Below are positions 20,495 to 32,069 of a stretch of DNA of 64,000 nucleotides, one piece after another. The notes under the pieces are model-generated. The model ran no database searches and was not told the origin of the DNA. It worked only from the letters and a program-made list of their open reading frames with translations. Position numbers and translations under genes: made by a program. Source of the stretch: an uncultured Planctomycetota bacterium (lineage in GTDB: Bacteria; Planctomycetota; Planctomycetia; Gemmatales; Gemmataceae); the NCBI GenBank assembly GCA_963849325.1, contig CAWKHF010000012.1, positions 1,440,001 to 1,504,000 of the forward strand. The letters are read 5' to 3'. Numbering within the stretch: position 1 is the first letter of the stretch; every line of letters starts with the position of its first letter.

Positions 20495-20640
20495 TCTGTC
20501 CCGGAAGCCCCTCTCCCCCTGTACTCCGGGGGGAGAGGGGTTGGGGTGAGGGGGTGTGCTTTCCGCCGGTTTCTCCCCCTCACCCCCAACCCCTCTCCCC
20601 CGAGTACGGGGGAGAGGGGGGCTTGGGGGACAGACTCTAA
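20489..20640. mobile_element. MITE-like element 2 (nested palindrome)
   Basis: 14-bp perfect termini TTAGAGTCTGTCCC / GGGACAGACTCTAA; each arm holds a CCCCTCTCCCCC...GGGGGAGAGGGG hairpin. Confidence 0.65.
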
Positions 20641-20648
20641 GAACCGCA

Positions 20649-21294
20649 TCATTCCCGGTAGTGATCCAACCACCACAAGGCCGTGCTGGGGAACCACAGG
20701 AAGTCCGCCCCCTCGGCCCGCAGCGCTTCCAGGTGGTCGATAGCCGCGGCACTGTCGGCCGGGTGGTGCCCGGCATAGACGCCGTGCTCGTCCTGCGGGA
20801 AGTGCCCGGCCGCCGTCCGGCCCCTCGCACAGCTCACCCGACACTTTCTGCAGATGCACCCGAGGGCAGGCGAAATAGAGGTCATGCAGCGACAGGACGA
20901 CCGGCACGCGCAAGCGGTGGGCGATGCGGATGAACCGAGGCGACAGGCCCACCAGGTGGTTGAAGTGAACCACGTCGGGGTCTTCTTCGAGCATCGCCAT
21001 CAGGAACAGTTGCTCGAGTCGTTCCTGATGAAGTAGGAAGTGGTTCAGGTACCAGCGGTCCAACCCGGTCCCACCGCCGGCGAACCGGTACAGAGACGTC
21101 CCGTCGGGGAGACGCTCGCGGTGGGTCTCGGGTTCGGTCGGCTGACTCCCCCAGCGCCGCGTGACGACGCTGACCGTGTTGCCCGCCTTGACCAGGTCTG
21201 CGGCCAGCCGCTGCGTGTAACACTCGACGCCGCCGATGTCGTCCGGTGGGAAACGGTGGGAAACCAGCATGACGCGGCATGTTAGACCTCCCAC
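20649..21294 (-). pseudogene. GT4-type glycosyltransferase with large internal deletion
   Basis: N-terminal LVSHRFPP..GGVE.Y and DVVHFNHL..SLHDLYFACP joined directly to HFPQDEHGVYAGHHPADS..WWLDHY; C-terminal GT-B half absent. Confidence 0.65.
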
Positions 21295-21569
21295 CCGTGG
21301 ACGGCCTCGGTCTTCGCGCCGGCCTTGATCTGTTCGGTTAACGAGAGGAGCGTATCGGTATCGCCGCTCGTCGAGTCCCGGTTGACCCCGATCCAGTGGC
21401 CCATGATTTGCGCCGTCCGCCGCAACACCGAGAGGAAACGCCAGTGCTCCAATTCACGGCCGCCGAGCCGGCATTCCTGCTCCAAATAGTGCCCGTCGTG
21501 GCGCACCTGCCCGACAATATGCCCCAAGACATGGCCCTCCTCCAGCTGCCCGCCCACGATCTTGCGCAA
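21282..21569 (-). CDS. Hypothetical protein or fragment
   Basis: 95-aa ORF coupled to the GT start; 5' end unclear. Confidence 0.3.
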   Translation of the reverse strand: MRKIVGGQLEEGHVLGHIVGQVRHDGHYLEQECRLGGRELEHWRFLSVLRRTAQIMGHWIGVNRDSTSGDTDTLLSLTEQIKAGAKTEAVHGWEV

Positions 21570-21835
21570 GGCGCTGCAGCGGTCCAGGCTGGGGCGGGAA
21601 AGTGGCCTTCTCGATGTTGCTGAGTGCCGGGTTCCTTCTCACCCTCTTTACCGGTTGGTTCTTGGCGAGGAACTGTCGGTCCCAGAAGGAGGAAGGATGA
21701 ACAAGAATGGGCTTGATTCATCGGGTGAGTGCAAGCACTTGGAAGTCACCCCCTCAGGCCAGGGTTGTTGAAGTCTCTCGTCCGATGTGAATGCCGACCA
21801 AGAAGGGGTCCTCCCGCAGGAATGCGGGCGCCACT

Positions 21836-24510
21836 CTACTTCTTCCGCGTCAGCTGGCGGCTGACGAGGGCCATCAGTTCACGAGCCTGGGTGTGGCCTG
21901 GCTGCCGGACCAGGACCAGGGTCAACTCTCGTCTCGCCTCTTCCAGTCGCCCTTCTTCTTGAAGGCTTTGCGCCATCTCGAAACGCCACTCGGTCTGGTC
22001 CGGCTTCCTCCTGAGCAGTTGGCGGTAGGCCGCCACCGCTTCGTCCCGCTGCCCGAGGGATTTGTGGGCCACGGCCTTGGCGTGGAGTTCCTTGAGTGTC
22101 AAAGGCCCCGAGCGATTGTCGAGGAGGCGAACCGCCTTCCGCAAGAATGGGCGACGCTCCTCGGCGGCCCCAGCCTCGGGGTACAGCCGAAATGCCACGG
22201 TCAGCAACAGGTCCGGCCGATCGGGCAGGACGGTATCGACCATCTCCTGCGGAGAGAGGCCCCGGCCACTCGCCTCCAGCACCTGCGGAAGGTAATCGTC
22301 GGATAATTCCAGACAGCGCCGCCAGCTGGCCCGGGCCTGCTCGGTTTCTCCCGCCAGAGACTCCTGCGCCCCGCACAGGTACCAGTACTCCGGGTCGCCG
22401 TTCGCCAACAGCTTGACCCGCCGCAAGTAGGCGTCCCGCGTGTCTGTCCCGGCTTGTTGCGTCTGGTGCGTGGCGAGGGCCAGGTGCGGCTCGGCCCGGA
22501 TGGGACAGCGGTCGCGCGCGTTTCGATAATTCCGCAGAGCGAGGGGGCGCAGAGTCGTGCTCGAGCTGCTCCTGCGCGGCGCGGGCGCGGTCGTACTCCG
22601 CCACCCCCTCCCCCAGCCAATTCATGGCGGCGGCCCAGTCGCCTCGCGCCGCCAGCATCGCTTCGGCGACGGTGGCCAACTCGCTTCGGCGCTGGAGTCG
22701 TCCCCGTTCTCTGGCCAGCACCGCGAAGCGTGCCCGGCCCAGGTCGGCCTGGAGATCGGCGTCCTCGGGGTCCAGGCGAACTGCGGCTTCGAGAAAGGAG
22801 ACCCGCGTCGCCAACCCGTCCGCCCGCCCTCCGGCCACGGCTCGTTCCGCCGCCAGCCGCAGGCGATCTACCCGGTGAGGCGCGCAGCCAGCCCCGCACA
22901 GTACCCACGCCAGGGCCACGCAGGTAGCGGCGCCCAGCAAGGGGGCGAGACCCCCGAGGCGCAGGCGGTATTCGTCCGCGCGGGCCGGCCTACCGGCCGC
23001 GTCTACCGTTCGTCCCAGGCCACACAGATGAGCCGACACCACCGTCGCCAGAACGGCGATCGCCGGGATGTGAAGACCGAAGTCACCGAAGCTATGGAGG
23101 ACCAGGGTGGTAAAACCAAATAGGCCGCCCAGGGCCAACGCCCGGACTGTCCGAGAGCCGGAAAGGCGCACCGCCCGAACGCCAAGCCGATACACCAGGC
23201 CGATCGCGAGCAGCCCCAACACCAACCCGAGGGGGCCGGTTTCCAGGAGCACCTCCAGGAAATCGTTGTGGGCGTGTTCGGCCAGTCCGCGCGTCCTCGG
23301 CGGTGTTTTGGCGCAAGCACTCCGTGGAGGAGAACGTCCCCCAACCCGTTCCCCAGACGGGGAATTGCTTCGCCAGGGGCGCCATGCGGGTCCACAAGGG
23401 GAGGCGGGACTGGAGGGCCTCTCCCCTCCAGAGAGTGGCGACTCGCTCCTCAATTAAACCGAAACCAAGCCATCCGGCAAAAAGGATCGCCAGCGCCACA
23501 ACGAACAGCGTGATACCCGAAGCGGAAGACGGGGAGGACGGCGACCGCTTGACGAACCAACAGGCCAATCCCGCCCCGACCAGAGCCAGCAAACCGCCTC
23601 GGGAGAGGGAGAATGCGACCGCGCCCGTCATGAGGGCGAGGGCCGCGCCGATCCACAAGGCAGGAGGATCCTGGAGCAGTCCCAGAGGTGCCGTCCACCA
23701 GGCCGGTTTGGAGGGAGAGGTCCGCCGAACCGATGAGGCGCCTTCCATGTCCGGGGCGCGATGGTAGACCCGGCTCAGCAGCAGGCCGATTCCGAGTCCA
23801 ATGCACAGGTTGACGTAAAACGGGAAATGGTTGCGACAAATGAACGGGCCGAAGACCTGCCCCAGCGAAGGATACTTCCAATACAAGAGGTGGTGAGGCG
23901 AGGAAAAGAACTGGACGAGGGCAAAGACGGACAATGCGGCTCCGTTGAGCAGGGCCACGATGGCGAGGCGGCGCAGTCCGGCCACCGAAGCGATGTTATT
24001 CCGCACGGCGGCGAACAGGAGGAAGACGGCCAGCAAGCGAACCAACTGGTCGCGCGTCGCCGTGGGGTAGAGGCTAATCGTTTTCCCCGCCGTCGCGGAG
24101 GAGTTGCCGCTCTCTCCGAGTAACACTTCCGGCTGCGCGGGCAGGAGTCGGCTGTACAACTCCGCGGTGCCCGGCGAAATCCACGAAAGCACGGGTTCAG
24201 GCAGAGGAGTGATCTGCCAGATCCCGATGAGGAAAAAGCCCGCCAGGCACAGCGCCACGGGGGACTTCTTCCACGTCAGGCATCCGTCCAGGAGCATTCG
24301 CCCCGCCCAGAGGGTCAACACCAGGCCGACCCCGACGAGGAGGAGAAGAGTGAATCCGGGATGGACGGCCCCATAGCACCACGGCGCCGCGCACGCCATC
24401 CCCAGGACGACCAACTCCAGGACTGCCCTCAGCAGGACCGCTGCGCGAACTCGGACCATCGCGGCCGGAGGGGGCGTTTCTCTCACGGCAGGGACAAGGC
24501 TGCTCGTCAT
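21836..24510 (-). CDS. O-antigen ligase-like membrane protein with C-terminal TPRs (several frameshifts)
   Basis: FGPFICRNHF, SLSRGG, GTGWGTF, EHAHNDFLE..ETG, HSFGDFGLHIPA, then TPR-like helices. Confidence 0.85.
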
Positions 24511-24567
24511 CTTCGCTTCAATGGGTCCGCAGTCCTCGAACCGTGGTTACGTGGACGAACCTCGAAC

Positions 24568-24987
24568 TCAATGGGTCGGAGAGCCGGGATGCTGCGCCGG
24601 TGGATACCGCGGCGGCGGAGGCGGCGGCGGAGGAGGAGGCGGCGGAGGAGGTGGCGGTGGAGACCCGCCGCCGGGCCCGTTGGCCCCGGCTGTAAACATC
24701 CAGTTCGAGAGGAGGACGGCGTCTTCTTCCGAGGAGACGGAGGCAGGACCGTCCGACACGGGCCTCAGCCGCTGAAAAGCGATGGTCGGGGCGTCGAAGG
24801 TGAGAGGATTGTCCGCAACTCCTCCGGCCGAGTTGACCGTAAGTCCCGATGGTACCGACGAGAAGAAATCGGAACCGAGCTTCGGCAATCCCAGGGCGGG
24901 GACGGCCGCCAGGAGGCCGACCGCGAGGGCCGCAAAAGCTCGCTTCGTCCAGGCCACGCTGCTGGTACATGCGATGTCACGCTTCAT
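24568..24987 (-). CDS. Exported protein with poly-proline tract
   Basis: Signal-like KRAFAALAVGLLAAVPALG; about 17 consecutive Pro from mixed CCN codons (24611-24661). Confidence 0.5.
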   Translation of the reverse strand: MKRDIACTSSVAWTKRAFAALAVGLLAAVPALGLPKLGSDFFSSVPSGLTVNSAGGVADNPLTFDAPTIAFQRLRPVSDGPASVSSEEDAVLLSNWMFTAGANGPGGGSPPPPPPPPPPPPPPPPPRYPPAQHPGSPTH

Positions 24988-25077
24988 AGACAACCCCCTT
25001 GAGGTCAACCGACGACACGAGTTGGTCCTCGAAATTTCGCCGCCACTTTCTTCACTCGTCTTCGCGCTCGACGAGTC

Positions 25078-25761
25078 TCAGATCAGCCAGTCAAAACCAT
25101 TCTTCTTCAAAAACGTTCGTATCTCGTCCGGATGGCAGTAGTAAGTCTTTTCCTTGTTCGTCCCGCTGCACACTCCGAGCAAACGCCCGTGCTTATCGAC
25201 CAGGGGGCCGCCGGAGTCTCCTCCCGACTGCCTCCGGTCCACTTCCCAAAAAGAAGCCGCCTTGTCTTCGGCCTCCCGTCGGACCTTTTTTTTCCCTGCC
25301 ACCTCGTCCACCGCACAGGTCGGCGCCCTGCCCCCCGTGCAGCCGACGGCCAGAGCCTTGAACTTGCCGTCCTTGAGCAATAAGCGTGCCGGGCAGAGGG
25401 AAAGCGTGCTCGGCATCGGATCGTCGGTGATCACGCGGAGTAGCGCCAGGTCCCGCATGTCGTCCGCTCTGGCGACCAGGCGGACGGAGCGATACGTCCG
25501 GCACGGCCTCGGATACGTGGTCGCGGAAAACGTGCTGACCTCCAGACGATCAGCCCCGTCCACGACGTGGTGGGCCGTCAGGACATAAACGAATGACCCT
25601 TTTCTGCCCAGGACGACGCCGCTGCCCTGGGTTTCCCGCGACGGATTCACGATCCGTACGGTTGCGGTGAGAGCGGTCGTCTGCAGCTCCCGAGAGAAAT
25701 CCGCCGAAACCACGACCTCGATCTCTCCCAGCAGGAGAGGGAGGCATACCAGGGGGAGCAT
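25078..25761 (-). CDS. Trypsin-like serine protease
   Basis: GSGVV..YVLTAHHVV, DLALL, GDSGGPL catalytic triad motifs. Confidence 0.88.
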   Translation of the reverse strand: MLPLVCLPLLLGEIEVVVSADFSRELQTTALTATVRIVNPSRETQGSGVVLGRKGSFVYVLTAHHVVDGADRLEVSTFSATTYPRPCRTYRSVRLVARADDMRDLALLRVITDDPMPSTLSLCPARLLLKDGKFKALAVGCTGGRAPTCAVDEVAGKKKVRREAEDKAASFWEVDRRQSGGDSGGPLVDKHGRLLGVCSGTNKEKTYYCHPDEIRTFLKKNGFDWLI

Positions 25762-26046
25762 GACGATCCTTACACCGGAGATCCTGCGAACCGCCGAGGA
25801 ACCCATCGCCACATAAACACCAGTCAGAGTACGGGCCTCCGGTGGGACAGTCAAGCATTTTTTCCGGAAAGTTGGGCATTTTAGGAAGAAGGCATAGGAA
25901 GGTCACCTCTTTTTGTGTCTGAAAAATCGATAAACGCATTAAATCTCCCCCATTATCCCGGACGATGAGGAATCGTGCCGCCGGCGCGAGCCGGCAGCTG
26001 CCGTGTTGCCTTGTCGGTGTAGGAACAAGTCATGAGAGTGAGGATG

Positions 26047-27194
26047 GCGCTGATACTTGGTGGGGCCCTGTCTGGCCATTCAGGGATGCGCCCTGCTGGC
26101 GCACTCCGCCCGCACCACCCTCCTTCAACCCCTGGTCTATTCCCGATGCCTCAACGATATGCTCGACTGTCACCGCAATCGCGAGTTGGCGGAGACCGCC
26201 TGGGCAGGCTTCGTCAGCAAGCATTCAACAATGGCCTACTCCTGCGATTTTGAAAATGGCTTCCGAGAAGGGTTCGCCGACTACCTCTACTGGGGAGGGA
26301 CAGGAGCACCGCCGCCGGTGCCGCCGCGCTGTTACTGGAACTCGAAGTACGAGACCGTTGAGGGCCACAAGGCGATCCAGGACTGGTTTGCGGGTTTCCG
26401 GGCCGGCGCCGAAAGCGCTCGAGAGAGCGGCAATCGGAAACTGGTCGTCCTGCCGTCCTCCACGGTTCTGCCGTCGTCGCTTCCGCAAGCGTCCCCGTCG
26501 TCATCCACACTCCCGTCTGCTGCTCCGAGCGCGTCCGCGCAACCCGGACCTCGAGGCGGAGGAGACACTCCCGCCGCCGAAGCCCGTGCCCACGCCGAGA
26601 AACCCGCCGGCGTCCGGGAACACGCCGACAACCGGATCGAGTCCGCTCCCGTTTCTCCCAGCAGGACCGAATCCGTCCGCCGTTCCGAGTCCACATTCCG
26701 AAAAAGTCGTGCCGCTGCCGGCGCCGGCATCCGGGGGTCCGCCGACAACCGGACAGAGGCCGCTCGCGGTTCCCACTCCTGCTCTGGAGAAAGCCCTGCC
26801 CCTGCCGGGCGCGGCATCGGGACCGGCCCCTCCGCCGATTTCGGTACGGCCCCCGGCCCGGACGATTTCCGCGCCTCCCCTGCTGTCCACGGGGCCAAAC
26901 ACGGATCAACTGCTGAAGATGCTCAAGGACTCCCGCGATCCCTCGCAGCGCGAGTGGGCGGCCCAACAACTGGCGCGGCCGGACCTGCGGTCGCATCCTC
27001 CCCTCCTGCAGGCGTTGATCTCGGCGGCGCGGGAAGACCCGGCCGTCGCGGTTCGAGCGGTCTGTCGCAAGCTGCTGGCGGACGCCGGAATATTCCTGTC
27101 GGCCGAATCGCCGATGCCGAAAACCAACGACCCGTGGGTCCGCTGCGAGGCCAAGGCCGGAGGTCCGAGCACCGGCACCATCGCGGAGGAGTAG
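26047..27194 (+). CDS. Putative lipoprotein with Pro-rich linker and HEAT-like C-terminus (frameshifted)
   Basis: LAIQGC lipobox-like, DFENGFREGFADYL..PP..YW..WFAGFRAG, Pro-rich linker, REWAA..L..AREDPAVAVR. Confidence 0.55.
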
Positions 27195-27257
27195 AGAGGG
27201 CCGTCCGCGCCATCGCGAACAACCGGGAAACCAACGGGGCCGTAGGAGAGGGGAACC

Positions 27258-28691
27258 ATGCTCAGATCCGCACAGGGCAAGCCGGACCATCCGGAGGATC
27301 CGGCGCGACCGTCCGCCCGGATGACGCGGTTTGCCGCCGCGTTGCTTCTGTCCGCCGCCTTGGCGACTGGACAAGGATGTGCGGCCTTGAGCAACCCGTT
27401 GGCCAACGGCGTTCCCGTGCGGCGAGTGCCGCCCGAACTGCTCGGCGAGTCGAAGGAGGGTCTGCAACGAATCCCCCTGACGATGCTGCGGCAACCGCCG
27501 CCGCCGGCCTACAAGCTCGCCGCCGGCGACGTGCTCGGCATCTGGGTCGAAGGGATCTTGGGAGAGAAGGGACAGCCGCCGGTGGCCCGCGCGGCGGAAA
27601 CCGGCAAGCAGGCGTCGGCCGTCGGCTTCCCCATCCCCATCCGCGCCAACGGCACGATCACGCTGCCGCAGGTGCCGCCGATCAAGCTCGACGGCCTGAC
27701 GCTGGAGCAGGCCGAAGAGGAGGTCCGCAAGGCGTACACGCAAACCAAGAAGATTTTCCAACCCGGTCGGGAATCGGTCATCGTGACGCTCCAGCGCCCC
27801 CGCGAATACCACATTCTGGTCATCCGCCAGGACGGCACCACCGAGGGGAGCGGGGCCGCGGGCGGCGGCATCACCGGGGCTCGTTCGGTCGGCTTCCTGC
27901 TCACCCTGGGCGGCGGCGCCCGTGGCACACGGCGCGGGACCGGGCATTCGCTGGACCTGCCCGCCTACGAGAACGACGTTCTCAACGCCCTGGCTCGCAC
28001 CGGAGGCATCCCCGGCTCCGACGCCGTCGATGAAGTCATCATCGAGCGTGGCTCCTTCCAGGGACGCACGGGCCGACAGGACATGGTGAACGCGCTGCTG
28101 GCTTGCCCCGGCAGCGATCCGCATTCCCTGGCCGGGCCGGGCACCCAACGAATCCGTATCCCCCTCCGTTATCGGCCGGGCCAGCCTCCCGCCGTCCGGC
28201 CGGAGGACGTGGTGCTCCAGTCCGGCGACGTCGTCTTCATCGAGGCCCGCGAGGCCGACGTGTTCTTCACGGGCGGCCTGCTGCCCTCGGGCGAATACGT
28301 GCTCCCCCGCGATACCGACCTCGATGTCGTGCAGGCCGTCCTGCGCATCGGAGGTCCGCTCTTTATCGGCGGCATCAACACCGCCAACATCACGGGCAAC
28401 CTGATCAACCCGCAGCTCAGCTTCCCCAATCCAACCTTGGTCAGCATCGTCCGGCCAACCCCGGGAGGCAAACAGGTGGTGATCCGCGTAGACCTCGAGA
28501 TCGCGCTCCGCGAGCCCCGGGAGCGAATCTTGATTCAACCCAAGGACTTGCTCCTCTTGCAGGAGCGTCCTCAGGAGGCGATCGGTCGTTATCTCTATGA
28601 GATATTTAACTTCAACTTCCTCTATACGTTTGTTAATTCGTCTACCGCCCATGGAACGGCCGGCATCAACGCGGGTGGGATTAACCCCTGA
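27258..28691 (+). CDS. Polysaccharide export (Wza/Poly_export) family protein
   Basis: YKLAAGDVLGIWVEGI, GTITLP..I.L.GLTLEQAEE, VLQSGDVVFIE, ILIQPKD; lipobox-like GQGC. Confidence 0.85.
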   Translation: MLRSAQGKPDHPEDPARPSARMTRFAAALLLSAALATGQGCAALSNPLANGVPVRRVPPELLGESKEGLQRIPLTMLRQPPPPAYKLAAGDVLGIWVEGILGEKGQPPVARAAETGKQASAVGFPIPIRANGTITLPQVPPIKLDGLTLEQAEEEVRKAYTQTKKIFQPGRESVIVTLQRPREYHILVIRQDGTTEGSGAAGGGITGARSVGFLLTLGGGARGTRRGTGHSLDLPAYENDVLNALARTGGIPGSDAVDEVIIERGSFQGRTGRQDMVNALLACPGSDPHSLAGPGTQRIRIPLRYRPGQPPAVRPEDVVLQSGDVVFIEAREADVFFTGGLLPSGEYVLPRDTDLDVVQAVLRIGGPLFIGGINTANITGNLINPQLSFPNPTLVSIVRPTPGGKQVVIRVDLEIALREPRERILIQPKDLLLLQERPQEAIGRYLYEIFNFNFLYTFVNSSTAHGTAGINAGGINP

Positions 28692-28711
28692 ACAGGTCTC
28701 GGAAGCATGAT

Positions 28712-29489
28712 CTACCAGAAGCGGCTGAACCAGCGTCGAGAGGGAGGCTCCGGCCGGGGTATGTGCAGAGGCAGGCCATGCACGACGGCGGCGGCGTTGG
28801 TGCTGAAGACGCGATCGGCGGTGCTGATCCCCGCCCAGCGCGCGACCGCGCGGTACGCTTCCGCCATGCGCGGACGCCGCCGCCGCGGCGAATGTCCGTC
28901 GGAGCCGAGGAGATGGACGACGCCGCGACGGAACCAACTTTTCAGGGTCTTGCCGTCCTGGTCGGTCGAGGGGCTCGGTGATACTTCCGGAGGAAACCTG
29001 GACCAGGCAGCCGGCTTCGATCAACCGTTCAATTCGGCCCGGATCGTGGAGAAGTTCCGGGGTGCGCTCGGGGTGGGCCAGGATGAGACGGACACCGGCC
29101 CGCTGCAGCCCCGTGGCGATTTGGCCCAGATCGACGAAGAGGTTGTGCGGCATCTCGACCAGGAGATACCCTCCGCGGTCGGCGACGCTCAGCAGTTCTC
29201 CCCGCTGCCAGGCGGTTTCGAGGTCCGGCCGGGCCATGACCTCGGCACAGGGGAAGACGGAGAGAGCGAGGTCTTGCTCGCGCAGTCTTTGCGCGAGTTG
29301 GCGGACGCGGTCCCGAATGAGTTGAGGCGTGACGGCACTCCAATGGTCGTTCTGATGGGCCAGGGCGGCGGATAGCCGGACGCCCTCGCTGTAGGCGATG
29401 CGGCACATCTCCAGGACCTCCTCGTCCGTGCGGGGTCCGTCGTCTACCCCGGCCAGGAGATGGCAGTGCATGTCAACCAGGGGGATCAT
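28712..29489 (-). CDS. CpsB/CapC PHP-family tyrosine phosphatase (frameshift near 28960)
   Basis: DMHCHLLAGVDDGP, LLVEMP, ILAHPER, LGSDGH in the shifted frame. Confidence 0.88.
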
Positions 29490-30601
29490 TCATCACCGGA
29501 GGATGGGAAACTGGGCCGGGCGGAAGTACCCACGACCGGCGGGATCCCGTTCGACCGTTGTCCGGTTCGTTCATCGTACACGCGGACGCCCGCCAGATGA
29601 ACACCGAGCAGAGTGAGCAGTATTGTGAAGCCGGCGATGGCGGCCACGCTGATGTCCCAGGGGATTATCCGGACCAGCAGGGCGAGACCGCCGGACAACG
29701 CCGCCAAGGCGTATAGCATCCACACGGCCCGTCGCTCCGACATCCCCAGACCCACCAGCCGGTGAGAGGTGTGATCGCGTCCACCCTGCGAGATGGCTCG
29801 GCCCGCCAACGTGCGCGCCAACGTGACAAAAGTGGTGTCGAAGATGGGGATGAACAGGATCAATACCGGCACGGCCAACACCGCCAACAAGCTGTGCGAG
29901 CGCTCCCCCGAGACGTGCAGCAGGGCGGCGCCGGCGAGGAAAAAGCCAATGAACAGCGAGCCGCAGTCGCCCATGAAAATGGACGCGGGGTTGGAATTCC
30001 AGACCAGGAAGCCGAGCAGGGCGGCCGCAAACAGGGCGAGCAGCACGGCCTCCGTCGTCTGGCCGTCCCCCAGGAAGCAAAGAGCGAGGCAGGCGGAGGC
30101 GATCGCCGCCACCCCGGCGGCGAGTCCGTCCATGTTGTCCAGCAGGTTGACCGCGTTGGTGATGCCGACCAGCCAGAAGACCGTCACCACCACGTTGAAC
30201 ATCGGCCACGGGGTCCAGGGCAGAGCCAACCCGGTAGCGATTACCGCCGCCGCCCCGATCACCTGGCCAATCAGCTTCTGGTAGGGCTTGATCCGGAGCA
30301 GATCGTCCACTAGGCCGACGGCCCCGAGGAAGACGCTGGCCGCCATCACCACAGCCGTGGCCGGCGTCGGGGGCAGGAAAACGGCCCAGGCGATGACGAC
30401 GGCGGCGAGGATGGCCAACCCGCCCAGGAGGGCGGTCGGCTTCTTGTGCCAGCGGTCGCTCTTCGGCTTGGCCACCAAGCCCCAGCGCCGCGCCAGGGCG
30501 CCTACGGCCGGCGTTAGCGTCAGCGCCAAGACAAAGGCCAGGACGATTGCAGCCAGGTTGAGCGGACTGAAGGGAGTCATACTCCTCACCGAAGGCTTCA
30601 A
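29486..30601 (-). CDS. WecA/MraY-family polyprenyl-phosphate sugar-1-phosphate transferase
   Basis: GLVDD, NAVNLLDNMDGLA, IFMGDCGS, DHTSHRL motifs. Confidence 0.9.
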   Translation of the reverse strand: MKPSVRSMTPFSPLNLAAIVLAFVLALTLTPAVGALARRWGLVAKPKSDRWHKKPTALLGGLAILAAVVIAWAVFLPPTPATAVVMAASVFLGAVGLVDDLLRIKPYQKLIGQVIGAAAVIATGLALPWTPWPMFNVVVTVFWLVGITNAVNLLDNMDGLAAGVAAIASACLALCFLGDGQTTEAVLLALFAAALLGFLVWNSNPASIFMGDCGSLFIGFFLAGAALLHVSGERSHSLLAVLAVPVLILFIPIFDTTFVTLARTLAGRAISQGGRDHTSHRLVGLGMSERRAVWMLYALAALSGGLALLVRIIPWDISVAAIAGFTILLTLLGVHLAGVRVYDERTGQRSNGIPPVVGTSARPSFPSSGDE

Positions 30602-30610
30602 CCCACGTGG

Positions 30611-31654
30611 CTACAACGTCACCGGAGGCCATGCACGCGGGGGGTTGGTCGCGTCGTGGCACGGATGGACCCGTTCGCCGGCTGCCGGCGACCGTTGCCC
30701 TTTGAAGTAGGCGATGACGCTTTGGAGGATGTCTTCCAGGGCGACGCGGGGGCGGAAGCCGACGAGGGCGCGGACCTTGGAGGTGTCTGGGACGCGGCGC
30801 CGCATGTCCTCGAAGCCTTCCTCGTAAGCCTCCGAGTAAGGGATCCGGACGATCTCTGACGCCGAGCCGGTCAGGGACTTGACTCTCTCGGCCAACGCGG
30901 CGATGGTCACCTCCTCGCTGGAGCCGATGTTAAAGACCTCGCCGACGGCGCCCGGATGGTCCATGAGTTTGACCAGGGCCTCGACCACGTCGCCGACGTA
31001 GCCGAAGCAGCGCGACTGGCTGCCATCCCCGTAAACGGTGATCGGCCGGCCCTCCAGCGCTTGCTGCACGAAGGTCGGGATGACCATGCCGTAGTGACCC
31101 GTCTGTCGGGGGCCGACCGTGTTAAACAGGCGGACGATAACGGTCGGCAACTTCTTCTCCCGCCAGTAGGCCAGGGCCAGGAACTCATCCAACGCCTTGG
31201 AGCAGGCGTAGCTCCAGCGACCCTTGGTCGTCGCGCCCAGGACGAGGTTGCCGTCCTCGCGGAACGGCACCTGGTTGCTCAGGCCGTATACCTCGGAGGT
31301 CGAGGCGAGGAGCACTTTCTTTTTCTTCTTGTTGGCCCGCGCGAGGACGACCTCGGTGCCATGCACGTTCGTCTCGATGGTGCGGACGGGGCTTTCGACG
31401 ATCAACTTGACGCCCACGGCCGCCGCCAGGTGGAAGACGACGTCGCAGTGATCCACGAGTTCCGCCACGAGCGGCTGATGGTGGACACTGCCGAGGGTAA
31501 AGTGGAAGCGGGGGTGTTGCTTGAGGTGCTCGATGTTATCGATGCAGCCCGTGGACAGGTCGTCGAGCACGCAAACCTCGTCGCCCCGCTCGACGTAGGC
31601 GTCGGCCAGGTGGGAGCCGATAAACCCCGCCCCTCCCGTGATGAGCACGCGCAT
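30611..31654 (-). CDS. NAD-dependent epimerase/dehydratase (SDR)
   Basis: ITGGAGFIGSHL, ASTSEVYG, YACSK, RLFNTVGPRQ. Confidence 0.92.
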   Translation of the reverse strand: MRVLITGGAGFIGSHLADAYVERGDEVCVLDDLSTGCIDNIEHLKQHPRFHFTLGSVHHQPLVAELVDHCDVVFHLAAAVGVKLIVESPVRTIETNVHGTEVVLARANKKKKKVLLASTSEVYGLSNQVPFREDGNLVLGATTKGRWSYACSKALDEFLALAYWREKKLPTVIVRLFNTVGPRQTGHYGMVIPTFVQQALEGRPITVYGDGSQSRCFGYVGDVVEALVKLMDHPGAVGEVFNIGSSEEVTIAALAERVKSLTGSASEIVRIPYSEAYEEGFEDMRRRVPDTSKVRALVGFRPRVALEDILQSVIAYFKGQRSPAAGERVHPCHDATNPPRAWPPVTL

Positions 31655-32069
31655 CCGTTAATTCCCCTTCAGCAGAGGCCGGCGGCCATCCGCGATTTGG
31701 CCGCCGTGCCCGGTTTGTTGTACACGGGGAGGAAGAAGGCGTGAGGTAACGCCGGCAACTTGCGGCTGAGGGCCTTTTCCGCGACCATTGCAGACTTCTC
31801 GCGATCTCTCCCGATAGGGAGCCTCTCACGAAAATGGGTTTCTTGCGACGGAGTTTCTGAACAGAGAGAACCCCATTTTCATCGCTCAATCCGAACTATT
31901 TTTCATGAAAAACTCAGCAGCCGGGATGGGCGTCATGTCTCGAAAAACCAGAATGGTCGCCCGGTCATTGAACGTTACATCTGCAGCGCCTGGATACTCA
32001 TTATGGCCTCTTCGCATCGGGCATACTTGAAGTAACCAGCGACAAGTAGCCTTTCACTCGGAGACCATG

